IMG/VR virus record: IMGVR_UViG_3300033406_000369
Span: 1 to 36,070 of that record
Reading direction: 5' to 3' (one strand)
Length of the DNA: 36,070 nucleotides
Source: a virus
Lineage: Duplodnaviria > Caudoviricetes
Position numbers and translations under genes: made by a program. Positions 27,125 to 36,070 of this stretch are shown here, piece after piece. The notes below the pieces were generated by a model that saw only the letters and a program-made list of their open reading frames with translations, searched no databases and was not told the origin of the DNA. Position 1 is the first letter of the stretch. Each line of letters opens with the position of its first letter.

Positions 27125-29242
27125 CTACCGATCGAGCTGGAGGAAGGTTCGCGCCGACACCGACCAGCCACGACCGCCGAGCGATCGCGAGTTGACCGGC
27201 GCCGCGCCTAGTCGCTTCATGGCCTGCGCCCAGCCGCCGATCGTGCCCGGCATGCCGTACCAGGTGGTGCCGTCGAAGATCCGTCTCAGGCCCTCATTCT
27301 GGTTCGGCAGGGCAACCATGGTCGGCGGCTCGTTGGCGCTATGCCACTTCTGAGGCTGCGCGTTGTCCGCTCGGCCGGAGACATAGACGCCATGAGCCCT
27401 CAAGGCGTCTCGCGCCTGGGCTGGAGTGCATGGCGCCTCGCGCTCGTCCCAGCGGCCACCAACGGCGGCAAGCACAAGCTCCTCGATCGTCATCCTGGTT
27501 CCGCCTCGGAACACGTCCAGCGGCACGGACAGGATGTGATTGAGCATGGCCTGGGCGTTGCTCACCTCGGAAGGCCCTTCGCCGCCCCTTGCTGTGTGCA
27601 GAGCGTCGGCGAGCATCGAGCGCATATCAGAGGGGCAAATCTCATCCCCTCGCATAAGATCGAGAAGGGCAAGCACCGTTCCATAGACATCCTGGCCGCG
27701 CGCTGTATGTCCCCCTGTCGCCAGCGCCTGGCGATAGACGACCAGCGTTTCGGGCCATCGGGACCATTGGCCGATGATCCGCGCCTTGATCATGGCGCCC
27801 CACAATCGGAGCTGCTTGACGTCCATCACTAGCGCCGGCCGCTCGCCGAGCTTCTGAAGCTCCAGCACCACGAAGCGGTTCACGTCCTGGCCGAGCAGCG
27901 GCGGGATGATGATCGAGCCGAACAGGAAGACGGACTGCGCCAGAAACGCCGTCGCGGTGTGGTCTGATGATCCTCGGAGCACGAGGCCGCCCTTGGCGGC
28001 GACGCGGGCGAGCTTCACCAGCTTCTGCACCCTGTCGGATGTTGGGTCCGGCTCGCTCTCGTCGAGCAGAATCGGCCGCGTCGAGAAACCGAGCTCAGAC
28101 CAGATGCCGGCGGCGGTCGGGTCGGTTGAGGTCACAAGGGTTTCGGGGCCGTAAAGGTGTTCAAGCAGTTCGAGCAACGTCGACTTGCCGTCGCCGCTGT
28201 CGCCCGTGATCCAGCCATGCGGGCGCCACTTCAGCGCCCCGCCCATCAAGCCGGCCGCCCAAAGGCCAAGTGCCAGCATGGAGCCGAGCCGGTGGCCGCT
28301 GCCGTCGTGGTCGATCAGTGTTCCGGTCTCGTCCGCCTCGTTCGCCCAATTCCAGCTATCGAGCATGTTCAGCACCGGCTCGGTGCACTCCTTGGCGGGA
28401 ACAAAGGCGTCAGCCGGCCGGACGACCGGTTGCTGAGCCGAATAGACCTTGTCGCCATAGAGTCCCGGCTTCTGCCAAGCGCCATTGATCCACACAGCGT
28501 CGCCGACATGCAGCACCAGGCCGCCATCGTCGTCGAGCCAGGCGCCAAGGCCACGCACACGGCGCGTCTCGACAAACTTGCCGCGCGCAGCGGCAGCGGT
28601 CATCAGGCTTTCGCTCGCCTGGTCAACCTTCCAGCCTGTTTGCTGGCGCGTCGTCTCGTTGAACTTTGGGAAGGTCTGCCAGAAAAAGTCGATGCGATCC
28701 TCGGCCAAGGCGCGAAGGCCGTTGGCGTTGTGCTCGGCCGCCTTCAGCGACAGGATCTCGCCGGACGGCTTCAGATAGTAGTAGACCGCGCCAAGCTGGC
28801 CGACCGGCACAATGGGGCAGCCTTCAGGAAGCGGCTTGATCGGGTCTTTCCGGCGCTTCCAGCCATCGTCCTCGGATGCGTCATCCGCTGGCGGCGGCGA
28901 AGGCGGCAGATCGGGCTCGCCTTCCTCGGTCTTGCCGCGCCGCTTTGATTTGCCCTTGGTCTTGGGAAACAGAATGTCGGTCATCTCGTCGTGCGAGATG
29001 CCCTCGGCCTTGCCTATCTTCCGCGCGAAGTCCTCGCCCTTGTTACGGGCGAGGTTGCGGTAATACTCGTCGCGAACCCGCTTGTCCTTGCTGTCCGGCT
29101 CGCCTCGATCAGCCTTCGGCGGCTCGGCCGGCGCTGCCTGGTCGCCCTCTGCCGGCGCCGCCTGGTCGGCTCCCTCGGCGCTCGCCAGGAAGTCAGCGGA
29201 GGAAAAGGCGTCGCGAATGCCCGGAAGCGGCGGCGTGGTCAT
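27125..29242 (-). CDS. Replicative P-loop helicase (P4 alpha/SF3-like)
   Basis: Walker A GDSGDGKS, Walker B ILLDE, QDVNRF arginine finger; ATG at 29242 with AGGAG RBS. Confidence 0.85.
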   Translation of the reverse strand: MTTPPLPGIRDAFSSADFLASAEGADQAAPAEGDQAAPAEPPKADRGEPDSKDKRVRDEYYRNLARNKGEDFARKIGKAEGISHDEMTDILFPKTKGKSKRRGKTEEGEPDLPPSPPPADDASEDDGWKRRKDPIKPLPEGCPIVPVGQLGAVYYYLKPSGEILSLKAAEHNANGLRALAEDRIDFFWQTFPKFNETTRQQTGWKVDQASESLMTAAAARGKFVETRRVRGLGAWLDDDGGLVLHVGDAVWINGAWQKPGLYGDKVYSAQQPVVRPADAFVPAKECTEPVLNMLDSWNWANEADETGTLIDHDGSGHRLGSMLALGLWAAGLMGGALKWRPHGWITGDSGDGKSTLLELLEHLYGPETLVTSTDPTAAGIWSELGFSTRPILLDESEPDPTSDRVQKLVKLARVAAKGGLVLRGSSDHTATAFLAQSVFLFGSIIIPPLLGQDVNRFVVLELQKLGERPALVMDVKQLRLWGAMIKARIIGQWSRWPETLVVYRQALATGGHTARGQDVYGTVLALLDLMRGDEICPSDMRSMLADALHTARGGEGPSEVSNAQAMLNHILSVPLDVFRGGTRMTIEELVLAAVGGRWDEREAPCTPAQARDALRAHGVYVSGRADNAQPQKWHSANEPPTMVALPNQNEGLRRIFDGTTWYGMPGTIGGWAQAMKRLGAAPVNSRSLGGRGWSVSARTFLQLDR

Positions 29243-29264
29243 GCTGCGGCGCTCCTGCATTTAT

Positions 29265-29308
29265 TGTTACTACAGGAATGTTGCAGCAACCTGTTTTTTG
29301 TAGTAACA
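29265..29308. promoter_or_regulatory. Putative operator of the second brnTA
   Basis: TGTTACTACA-N24-TGTAGTAACA ending 8 nt before the brnT ATG; internal GTTGC-A-GCAAC palindrome. Confidence 0.7.
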
Positions 29309-29316
29309 GAAATTCC

Positions 29317-29586
29317 ATGCCGATCGAATTCGACCCGACCAAACGCGCCACCAATTTGGAAAAGCACCACATCGACCTCACAGAGGCCGAGCGTGTGTTC
29401 GAGGGTGACACGCTGACGGCCGAAGACGATCGCTTCGACTATGGAGAGCAGCGGTTCATCACCATCGGCCGACTTGATGGGCGCATGGTGGTGATGGTTT
29501 GGACCCCGCGCGGCGCGGCCCGCCGCATCATCTCTTTGAGGAAAGCCAATGACCGCGAACAGGCCACCTATGCCCCCCGGCTTTGA
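29317..29586 (+). CDS. brnT: BrnT-family toxin (second copy)
   Basis: MPIEFDPTKRATNLEKHHIDL...EDDRFDYGEQRF...VWTPRGAARRIISLRKAN; true start at 29317. Confidence 0.92.
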   Translation: MPIEFDPTKRATNLEKHHIDLTEAERVFEGDTLTAEDDRFDYGEQRFITIGRLDGRMVVMVWTPRGAARRIISLRKANDREQATYAPRL

Positions 29587-29803
29587 TCCCGACGAAGCGC
29601 CCGACCTCAGCACGCCGGAATGGCAGGAGAAGTTTGCCGCCGCCAAGGTGCAGCGCGGCCGACCGAAAGCCGATAGCCGGAAGGTGTCGACCACCATCCG
29701 CCTCGATGCCGACGTGATCGCGGAATTCCGCGCTGGCGGCGACGGCTGGCAGTCACGCATCAACACGGCACTGAAGGAATGGCTGGAGCGCAAGCGGGCG
29801 TGA
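29549..29803 (+). CDS. brnA: BrnA-family antitoxin (second copy)
   Basis: DPDEAPDL...RGRPK...KVSTTIRLDADVI...GDGWQSRINTALKEW. Confidence 0.92.
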   Translation: MTANRPPMPPGFDPDEAPDLSTPEWQEKFAAAKVQRGRPKADSRKVSTTIRLDADVIAEFRAGGDGWQSRINTALKEWLERKRA

Positions 29804-29807
29804 GGCG

Positions 29808-30944
29808 TCATGCCACATCCCCTTTCATCGCCTCTTGGGCGGCGGCGCATTCGGCGCGGTATTCCGCTTCGGCGTAAGCTGTGAAGTCTTTGAAGGTGCC
29901 AGGCGCCCAAACATCGCGAAGCGCAATGCCGCGCCGGTCGAGCTTTTCAGCGGCCTGCTCATAGGCAGCGACGGCCTCGGGCGGGTCGCCCCTGTGGCGA
30001 TGCCAGTAGATGCCGCCGATCTGTGGGGGCAGCACGATGTTGCCCAGATTGGAAAGGCTGATGGCTGCGAAGGTGCGCATTTCCGGCAGGGCGATCGCCA
30101 TGGCAACGCCGTCTTCAATGCCCTCGCTGCCGGCGATCCATTCCCCTTCCGGCGCGTCCTTGATCGGCTTGCCGCTGTCGCCGCGCCAAATGGGAATGAT
30201 GCCGCCCCGATATTCGGAATAGGCCTGCTTGGGCTTGCGAAGGTCTGTCGCCTTGCGCATGCCGCCGGCACCGTCCGGTTCAAGAAACGTCCGGTGAATG
30301 GTCAGGTGCCCAAAGCCGAAGCGGATGACCTGGCCGACCATCCCCGGCCGCTTCCGGCCCGTCGTCTGGTATGTCTCGGGGCAAGCGAGCGACGGATGAT
30401 AACGCAGCGCATTGAGCGCGCCCTTCCCGTCTAGCCTCGTCTTGAGTTGCCAGACCGGCAACCCGCGACCGATCAGATACCGCTCGGCCGGAGATCCAAA
30501 CAGCGGTTCGGCTTCGAGATAGCGGCGCTTCGAGGCGCGCAATAGATCGGCGGTTCGTTTGGCCGTTTCGGCCTGGCGCTTCTGCGTGGCCTGTCGTGCC
30601 TGCCGTTCGGCGTCCTGGCGCTGCTCGCGGTTCATGTGGGCGATGCCGAGCCAATCAATGGCCCACTTGATCGCCTCGCCGATGTCACCGCCGCACTCTG
30701 TCTTGGGCGCCCTGGCGATCAGCGTCAGGAGGTCGCCGCCCTCCCCTGACCGGAAGTCCTTGACCCACCCAGCCTTGTTGCCGCGATAGCAGATGCGGAG
30801 TGCCTGCCCCTCGCCGCCTTCCCAGCCATCGACAAGGTAGTTCGTCCCCTCGACGGAAGCCTCGGGAAAGAGATGCAGCACCAGGCTTTCGACGCGATCG
30901 AGCAGCCGTTCCTTGAGCGCGTCGATGGAAATGACGTAGCTCAT
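29808..30944 (-). CDS. Toprim-domain primase
   Basis: N-terminal DFRSGEGGDLL, AERYLIGRG, IHRTFL, toprim EGIEDG. Confidence 0.85.
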   Translation of the reverse strand: MSYVISIDALKERLLDRVESLVLHLFPEASVEGTNYLVDGWEGGEGQALRICYRGNKAGWVKDFRSGEGGDLLTLIARAPKTECGGDIGEAIKWAIDWLGIAHMNREQRQDAERQARQATQKRQAETAKRTADLLRASKRRYLEAEPLFGSPAERYLIGRGLPVWQLKTRLDGKGALNALRYHPSLACPETYQTTGRKRPGMVGQVIRFGFGHLTIHRTFLEPDGAGGMRKATDLRKPKQAYSEYRGGIIPIWRGDSGKPIKDAPEGEWIAGSEGIEDGVAMAIALPEMRTFAAISLSNLGNIVLPPQIGGIYWHRHRGDPPEAVAAYEQAAEKLDRRGIALRDVWAPGTFKDFTAYAEAEYRAECAAAQEAMKGDVA

Positions 30945-31228
30945 GCCGCCTCCGGCTCATCGGCGATGGCATCGCGGATCGCACGATAGGCTGAAAGCCA
31001 GGCGGCACGGGCTTCCGGCGTCCTGGCGTTGGCATGCAACACGGCAGTGTCGACGAGAACGACAAGATGGTGAGCTGACGCGCCAACGGCGAGCCGCCGA
31101 AGCCGCGCGAGCTGGTCGAAGGCCTGGAACCAAATCCGATTGTCGGCGCTCCCCGCCGGGGTGCGAAAGCCCATCACCTCGTCGGTGGTGTGCTCGGTGA
31201 TCGCGAGGATCTCGGCCAGCAGCGTCAC
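30941..31228 (-). CDS. Hypothetical early protein
   Basis: GTG start 1 nt after the cro stop with GGGGG RBS; ends EAA with ATGA coupling to the primase. Confidence 0.6.
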   Translation of the reverse strand: MTLLAEILAITEHTTDEVMGFRTPAGSADNRIWFQAFDQLARLRRLAVGASAHHLVVLVDTAVLHANARTPEARAAWLSAYRAIRDAIADEPEAA

Positions 31229-31229
31229 G

Positions 31230-31559
31230 TCATCCCCCTTGATGCCCGGCCGCACGGACGGCGCGGCCGGGCTGCGCTGGGGAGGGAACTCCGGCGGGAT
31301 GGTTCGCCGGCCAATCGCGGGCGCGCTCACCCCCGCGAAAGCTCGTGACGGGCGCCAAGGGGCGCGCCGCTTGTTGTTCCAGACGATCAAGGGCTTCGAG
31401 CAGCCGCTTCCATTTCGGCCAGGAGGGAATGCATTCTTCGTGCATCCACCGGCTCATGGTTGACTGCGCAACGCCTGCTTTCTGCGCAATTCGGCTAGGT
31501 GTGAGGCCTAAAGCCTTGCTGCGCGCGAGAACCGCTACCATGTCAAACGGGTTATCCAT
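31230..31559 (-). CDS. Cro-like HTH regulator
   Basis: LTPSRIAQKAGVAQSTMSRW helix-turn-helix; divergent from the repressor. Confidence 0.8.
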   Translation of the reverse strand: MDNPFDMVAVLARSKALGLTPSRIAQKAGVAQSTMSRWMHEECIPSWPKWKRLLEALDRLEQQAARPLAPVTSFRGGERARDWPANHPAGVPSPAQPGRAVRAAGHQGG

Positions 31560-31657
31560 GACTGGATCGGTATCTTGATTTTGTCGGAAAGGTCAATACG
31601 AATCTTGGATCAGCCGCGTTCCAATTGCGCTGGCATCGTGGTCGTACGATTGGATCG
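31552..31657. promoter_or_regulatory. Immunity-region operators
   Basis: (T/C)TGGATC half-sites at 31562, 31605 and 31650; the first forms TTATCCAT-GA-CTGGATCG, similar to the perfect site at 32301. Confidence 0.55.
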
Positions 31658-31667
31658 GAGCGACCTC

Positions 31668-32267
31668 ATGACTGATAGAACGCTTAATGACGCCTACCTA
31701 TCCGAACTGCGGCGGTGGATGAAGGGGCATATCGAGAGACGAAAGATCTCACTCAATGCCGTCGCCAAGGGAACAGACACGGGCATAGCCACCATTTCGC
31801 GCCTCATGTCCGACGATAACGCCACCCTCCCGTCGCTACCGACCATATTCGCGCTTGAACGCTTTTTCGGCGACAAGGCACCGATTTTCGGCGGCGACTT
31901 CGAGTACTTTAGCAAAGACGAAGCCATGCCGGTGCCCGAAAAAAGCGCGCCGCACTTCGACTTACATGACGGGCTTGCTCTTTGGAAAATCACCTCGGGG
32001 GCTCTAGACTCCCTGGGCATCCACAAAGGCGATTTCATGGTGGTCGACATGAACTCCCGGCCTACACACAATGATATCGTGCTCGCTGAGATAAAGGACT
32101 GGGATCGCCCGGAGCCCTACGCGATCTTCCGCCGCTACGTCGCAAGCCCGGTGCCGATGCTCATCGCGGCGGCAACAAAATCTGACTTCCCGGGCCAAAT
32201 GTTGATCGACGACCGAAGCATTTCCATAGCAGGAACAGTTGTCGGAACTTACAAAGCCCTCAGGTGA
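31668..32267 (+). CDS. CI-like repressor (HTH plus degenerate S24 domain)
   Basis: ATG at 31668 with GGAG RBS; SLNAVAKGTDTGIATISRL HTH; C-terminal LGIHKGDFMVVD...DIVLA...IAGTVVG S24 fold. Confidence 0.82.
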   Translation: MTDRTLNDAYLSELRRWMKGHIERRKISLNAVAKGTDTGIATISRLMSDDNATLPSLPTIFALERFFGDKAPIFGGDFEYFSKDEAMPVPEKSAPHFDLHDGLALWKITSGALDSLGIHKGDFMVVDMNSRPTHNDIVLAEIKDWDRPEPYAIFRRYVASPVPMLIAAATKSDFPGQMLIDDRSISIAGTVVGTYKALR

Positions 32268-32300
32268 CATAAGCCATCCTTTCTAATTGTGGGTTGAATC

Positions 32301-32318
32301 TGATCCAAGTTTGGATCA
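32301..32318. promoter_or_regulatory. Perfect palindromic operator before the rightward early operon
   Basis: TGATCCAA-GT-TTGGATCA. Confidence 0.65.
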
Positions 32319-32353
32319 ATATCCCACTCGCTCTTTGCGAGAGGGAACCCACA

Positions 32354-32713
32354 ATGGCACCTATGAAGAAACCTAATACCGATGACATCGCCCTAGGCGC
32401 CGCCATCCGGCAACGCCGTTTGCTGCTCGCTATCTCTCAGGAGAAGTTGGCCGATGGCCTAGGCATCACCTTCCAGCAGATCCAAAAATACGAAAAAGGC
32501 ACGAACAGGGTTTCCTGGTCGCGCCTGGTGCAAATCGCCAAAGCTCTGAACTGCTCGATCGCCGGCCTGATGACCCTCGCCGAGCCCAAGGAAAACGAGC
32601 TGGCGGGCGTCATCGACCCCGAAACGCTGTTCGTCGTCCGGACCATGCAAGGCACGTCGCCGGAGAAACGGGCACTCATCAGGCGCGTGATCCTTGCCCT
32701 GGTGGAGGGCTAG
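32354..32713 (+). CDS. XRE-family HTH regulator
   Basis: SQEKLADGLGITFQQIQKYEKGTNRVS; ATG at 32354 with GAGGG RBS. Confidence 0.88.
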   Translation: MAPMKKPNTDDIALGAAIRQRRLLLAISQEKLADGLGITFQQIQKYEKGTNRVSWSRLVQIAKALNCSIAGLMTLAEPKENELAGVIDPETLFVVRTMQGTSPEKRALIRRVILALVEG

Positions 32714-32716
32714 GGC

Positions 32717-32971
32717 ATGGTCACAAAGATCGAGATCACCTTTCCATTCGACGCCGACATGCGCGATCCGGACAGGATCGAGCTGTTCCAGATGGCCGAG
32801 CGCCTCTGCAACCGGCACATGGACAGCCATCCAGTGTCACGGGCCTTCGTCTGCCGCACCGAATACACCGACGGAGGAGCCACCTACACGGCGGCTTGCG
32901 CGGTCGCTGGCGTCTCCAGCACCGGCGCTGTACTGGCCGTGAAGCTACCCCTCCTAGGGGAAGGCGCATGA
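32717..32971 (+). CDS. Hypothetical protein
   Basis: GGAGG RBS and tight operon packing. Confidence 0.65.
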   Translation: MVTKIEITFPFDADMRDPDRIELFQMAERLCNRHMDSHPVSRAFVCRTEYTDGGATYTAACAVAGVSSTGAVLAVKLPLLGEGA

Positions 32972-33201
32972 CCATCGCCCTCATGTCCCCCGAAACGGCA
33001 TCGGCGCTTTCTCAGGTGTCGGTTGCCCTGCTCGGCGTCGCCGCAGTGGTTGCCGCCTTCGTCGTTACCGCCGTCGCGCTCTCGACAGCTCTCTACATCC
33101 ACCGTTCACGGGCGGCGATCGCCCGCCATCGGTTCAGAGAGATCGAGTTCGCTGGATCCCACAACTTCGAAACGCGACAGGAGGGCGCCAATGGCCGCTA
33201 G
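32968..33201 (+). CDS. Small membrane protein
   Basis: ATGA coupling at 32968; long hydrophobic helix. Confidence 0.6.
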   Translation: MTIALMSPETASALSQVSVALLGVAAVVAAFVVTAVALSTALYIHRSRAAIARHRFREIEFAGSHNFETRQEGANGR

Positions 33202-33685
33202 CGTCAACAAGGTCATCCTCATCGGCCATCTCGGCCGCGATCCGGAGATCCGCAAGAGCGGCTCCGGGGAGTCCATTGCCAACTTCCGGATTGCAACGTC
33301 GGAGACCTGGCGCGACAGGGAAAGCGGCGAGCGCAAGGAGCGCACCGAGTGGCACTCGGTGGTCATCTTCAACGAGAACCTCGCCAAGATCGCGGAGCAG
33401 TACCTGAAGAAGGGCTCCAAGGTCTACGTCGAGGGCCAGCTTCAAACCCGCAAGTGGACTGACCAAGCCGGACAGGAGCGCTACAGCACCGAAGTTGTGC
33501 TCCAGCGTTTTCGCGGCGAGCTGGTCTTGCTCGACGGCGCCGATCGCCGGCCCGCACCAGATCCCGAGGACTACGGCACGACCAGGCCGAAGCCAGAAGG
33601 CGCGGGTAACAGCTACGCCGACCAGCGCAAGTCCGAAAAGCCCTATCGGCCACCGTCTGACCTCGACGATGACATTCCATTCTGA
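33191..33685 (+). CDS. ssb: Single-stranded DNA-binding protein
   Basis: [16 protein letters not shown]...[19 protein letters not shown]...DDDIPF; start at 33191. Confidence 0.97.
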   Translation: MAASVNKVILIGHLGRDPEIRKSGSGESIANFRIATSETWRDRESGERKERTEWHSVVIFNENLAKIAEQYLKKGSKVYVEGQLQTRKWTDQAGQERYSTEVVLQRFRGELVLLDGADRRPAPDPEDYGTTRPKPEGAGNSYADQRKSEKPYRPPSDLDDDIPF

Positions 33686-33701
33686 GCCGGAGAGCTGAGC
33701 C

Positions 33702-33968
33702 ATGTCGGAGCTGCAACCCCGCGCCAAATCCATTCTTCCCTTGTCGCTGCCACCTCGCGGGCTTTCACGGCTAGAGGCGGCTGCCTACATCGGCATATCT
33801 ACCACCAAGTTTGACGAGCTCGTTGGCGACCGCCGTATGCCGAGCCCGAAAAAGATTGACGGCCGTTATGTCTGGGATATCCGCCGTCTTGACGCTGCTT
33901 TCGATCGGCTGCCGGATAGGGATGGAGGCGACAACATAGAGGACCGGTGGGGCGACCTCGCCGTCTGA
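33702..33968 (+). CDS. Excisionase-like HTH protein
   Basis: GLSRLEAAAYIGISTTKFDELV...MPSPK...WDIRRLD; directly before the integrase. Confidence 0.8.
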   Translation: MSELQPRAKSILPLSLPPRGLSRLEAAAYIGISTTKFDELVGDRRMPSPKKIDGRYVWDIRRLDAAFDRLPDRDGGDNIEDRWGDLAV

Positions 33969-35059
33969 CGATGGAAATCATCAAGCGCTATCGCTACGTC
34001 CACGAGAGCACGGACAGGCACGGCAACCCCCGAATCTACTTCTGGAGAGGCAAGGGGCACCGAAAGATTCGGATTCGCGCCCGACCGGGTAGTGATGAGT
34101 TCGACACAGCCTATGCCGCTGCTTTGGCTCAGGACACGTCGCCCGCTGGCGCCAGTGTCGAAAGGGGAACCATACAGCTCGGTACGCTCCGGTCGCTCTG
34201 TACCCGCTATTTCGTAGAATCTGCCGACTTCCTGCGCTGCACAGACGAAACCCGCCGGGTGCGCCGACGGGTGATTGAATCCATGCTCCTGGAGCCGCGC
34301 AAACCAGGCTCTGAAGATCTGTTCGCTGATTTTCCCGTCGACAGGATCACAGCCCAAGCCATCACCATTCTGCGTGACCGCAAGCGCACGGCGCCCGAGG
34401 CGGCCAACACGCGTTTGAAGGCGTTGCGCCAGTTGTTCGCCTGGGCATGCAGCATCCCCGACAGCGGCGTTGCCTTCAACCCGGCGCGCGACGTCAAGTT
34501 CTTCCGCACAGCCACCGAAGGCCACCACACATGGACACGGGATGAGGTGCTTCAGTTCATCGCGCGCCATCCGACCGGCACCCGCGCCCACCTCGCCCTG
34601 TCGATCATGCTCTATACCGGCGTGCGGATCTCCGACCTGGCTCAGATGGGGCCGCAGATGCTCCGCGACGGCTGGCTGTATTTCGTCGAGACGAAGGGGC
34701 GCAGCCAAGTGGTCAAGGCGCGCGAAATCAAGGTGCTGCCGGCTCTACAGGAGGCGATCGACGCCCACACCTTCACCCATCTGCATTTCATGACCACGGC
34801 CTTCGGCAAGCCCTTTTCGGTCAAAGGGCTTGGCCAGTGGTTCAAGGCTCGCTGCGTCGAGGCCGGCCTACCCCACTGCTCGGCCCACGGACTGCGCAAG
34901 GCTGGCGCTACAATCGCCGCCGAAAATGGCGCCACCGAGCAGGAGCTGATGGCGATTTTCGGTTGGGAAAACTCCGAACAGGCCGACGTCTACACGCGCA
35001 AAGCCAACAAGCGAAAGCTCGTCGCAGGCTCGATTCACAAGATCCGACTGGACGAATGA
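33947..35059 (+). CDS. int: Tyrosine integrase
   Basis: TGVRISD, HGLRK, FGW and DVYT catalytic motifs; N-terminal arm-binding region. Alternative start at ATG 33971. Confidence 0.95.
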   Translation: MGRPRRLTMEIIKRYRYVHESTDRHGNPRIYFWRGKGHRKIRIRARPGSDEFDTAYAAALAQDTSPAGASVERGTIQLGTLRSLCTRYFVESADFLRCTDETRRVRRRVIESMLLEPRKPGSEDLFADFPVDRITAQAITILRDRKRTAPEAANTRLKALRQLFAWACSIPDSGVAFNPARDVKFFRTATEGHHTWTRDEVLQFIARHPTGTRAHLALSIMLYTGVRISDLAQMGPQMLRDGWLYFVETKGRSQVVKAREIKVLPALQEAIDAHTFTHLHFMTTAFGKPFSVKGLGQWFKARCVEAGLPHCSAHGLRKAGATIAAENGATEQELMAIFGWENSEQADVYTRKANKRKLVAGSIHKIRLDE

Positions 35060-35067
35060 GGAACAGA

Positions 35068-35110
35068 TTCTTTCTCACCGAACCGGCGATTTTAAGCCGG
35101 TGAGAAAGAA
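35068..35110. repeat. 13-bp inverted repeat between int and tRNA (arm-type site or terminator)
   Basis: TTCTTTCTCACCG-N17-CGGTGAGAAAGAA. Confidence 0.6.
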
Positions 35111-35152
35111 AAGGGCAAAAAACCCAATAAAATCAATGCTGTTTTGATGACA

Positions 35153-35226
35153 TGGAGGCCACGGAGGGAATCGAACCCCCGTACACGGATTTGCAATCCG
35201 CTGCGTAACCACTCCGCCACGTGGCC
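35153..35226 (-). tRNA. tRNA-Cys(GCA), prophage attachment site
   Basis: GGCCACG acceptor stem, GCA anticodon, TTCGATT T-loop, encoded CCA, 74 nt. Confidence 0.97.
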
Positions 35227-35371
35227 CCATGGGGAAGGCTTCATAAGCGAGCGCGACGGCATAGACAAGAGGGCAGCAGGCGAAAATACACCCTCCCCAA
35301 GGCCTTCCGCCTTACCCTGCCCAATCTGAACCGGCATGCATTTGCAGTTTTCAACCCGATGGGAATCCTAG

Positions 35372-36070
<699 letters not shown>

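Larger units (their letters stand above)
1..35226. mobile_element. Temperate podovirus-like prophage integrated at tRNA-Cys; left end outside the window
   Basis: Complete ordered set of modules (integration, immunity, replication, packaging, T7/BPP-1-like head and tail, lysis). Integrase converges on the 3' end of a tRNA gene, with a host metabolic gene beyond it. Confidence 0.95.

Noticed and set aside
28876-29316. N-terminal extension of the second BrnT in the ORF track
   Set aside because: It overlaps the helicase antisense and is not protein-like; BrnT homology and the operator place the start at 29317.

Overview
Almost the whole window (1 to about 35.2 kb) is a temperate podovirus-type prophage, probably of an alphaproteobacterium (inferred from the SSB, XRE and BrnTA sequences and the high GC content). 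It is integrated at a tRNA-Cys(GCA) gene at 35153-35226. The left prophage end lies outside the window, and a host GH1 beta-glucosidase starts at 35522. Read from right to left, the prophage carries integrase, excisionase and SSB, then a CI/Cro switch, toprim primase, helicase and an iteron origin. These are followed by the terminases, portal and scaffold, an accessory/immunity island, the major capsid, T7/BPP-1-like tail tube and ejection proteins, a tail fibre, a lysis cassette and BrnTA. The main candidate for a new system is a 1064-aa putative ejection protein with a DdrB-like ParB domain and an intact-looking RelA/SpoT-type nucleotidyltransferase domain. Directly behind that domain, an 81-codon gene with its own RBS is nested on the opposite strand inside the same ORF, which suggests an overprinted toxin/immunity pair. 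Other notable points are bridge ORFs that keep an 11-kb operon continuously translatable across a TA cassette, the origin and a G-tract site, a C4-like antisense RNA in front of a Bro-N antirepressor, and a C-terminal domain of that antirepressor that resembles the phage helicase C-terminus. All family calls come from recognising motifs by eye; no database search was run.
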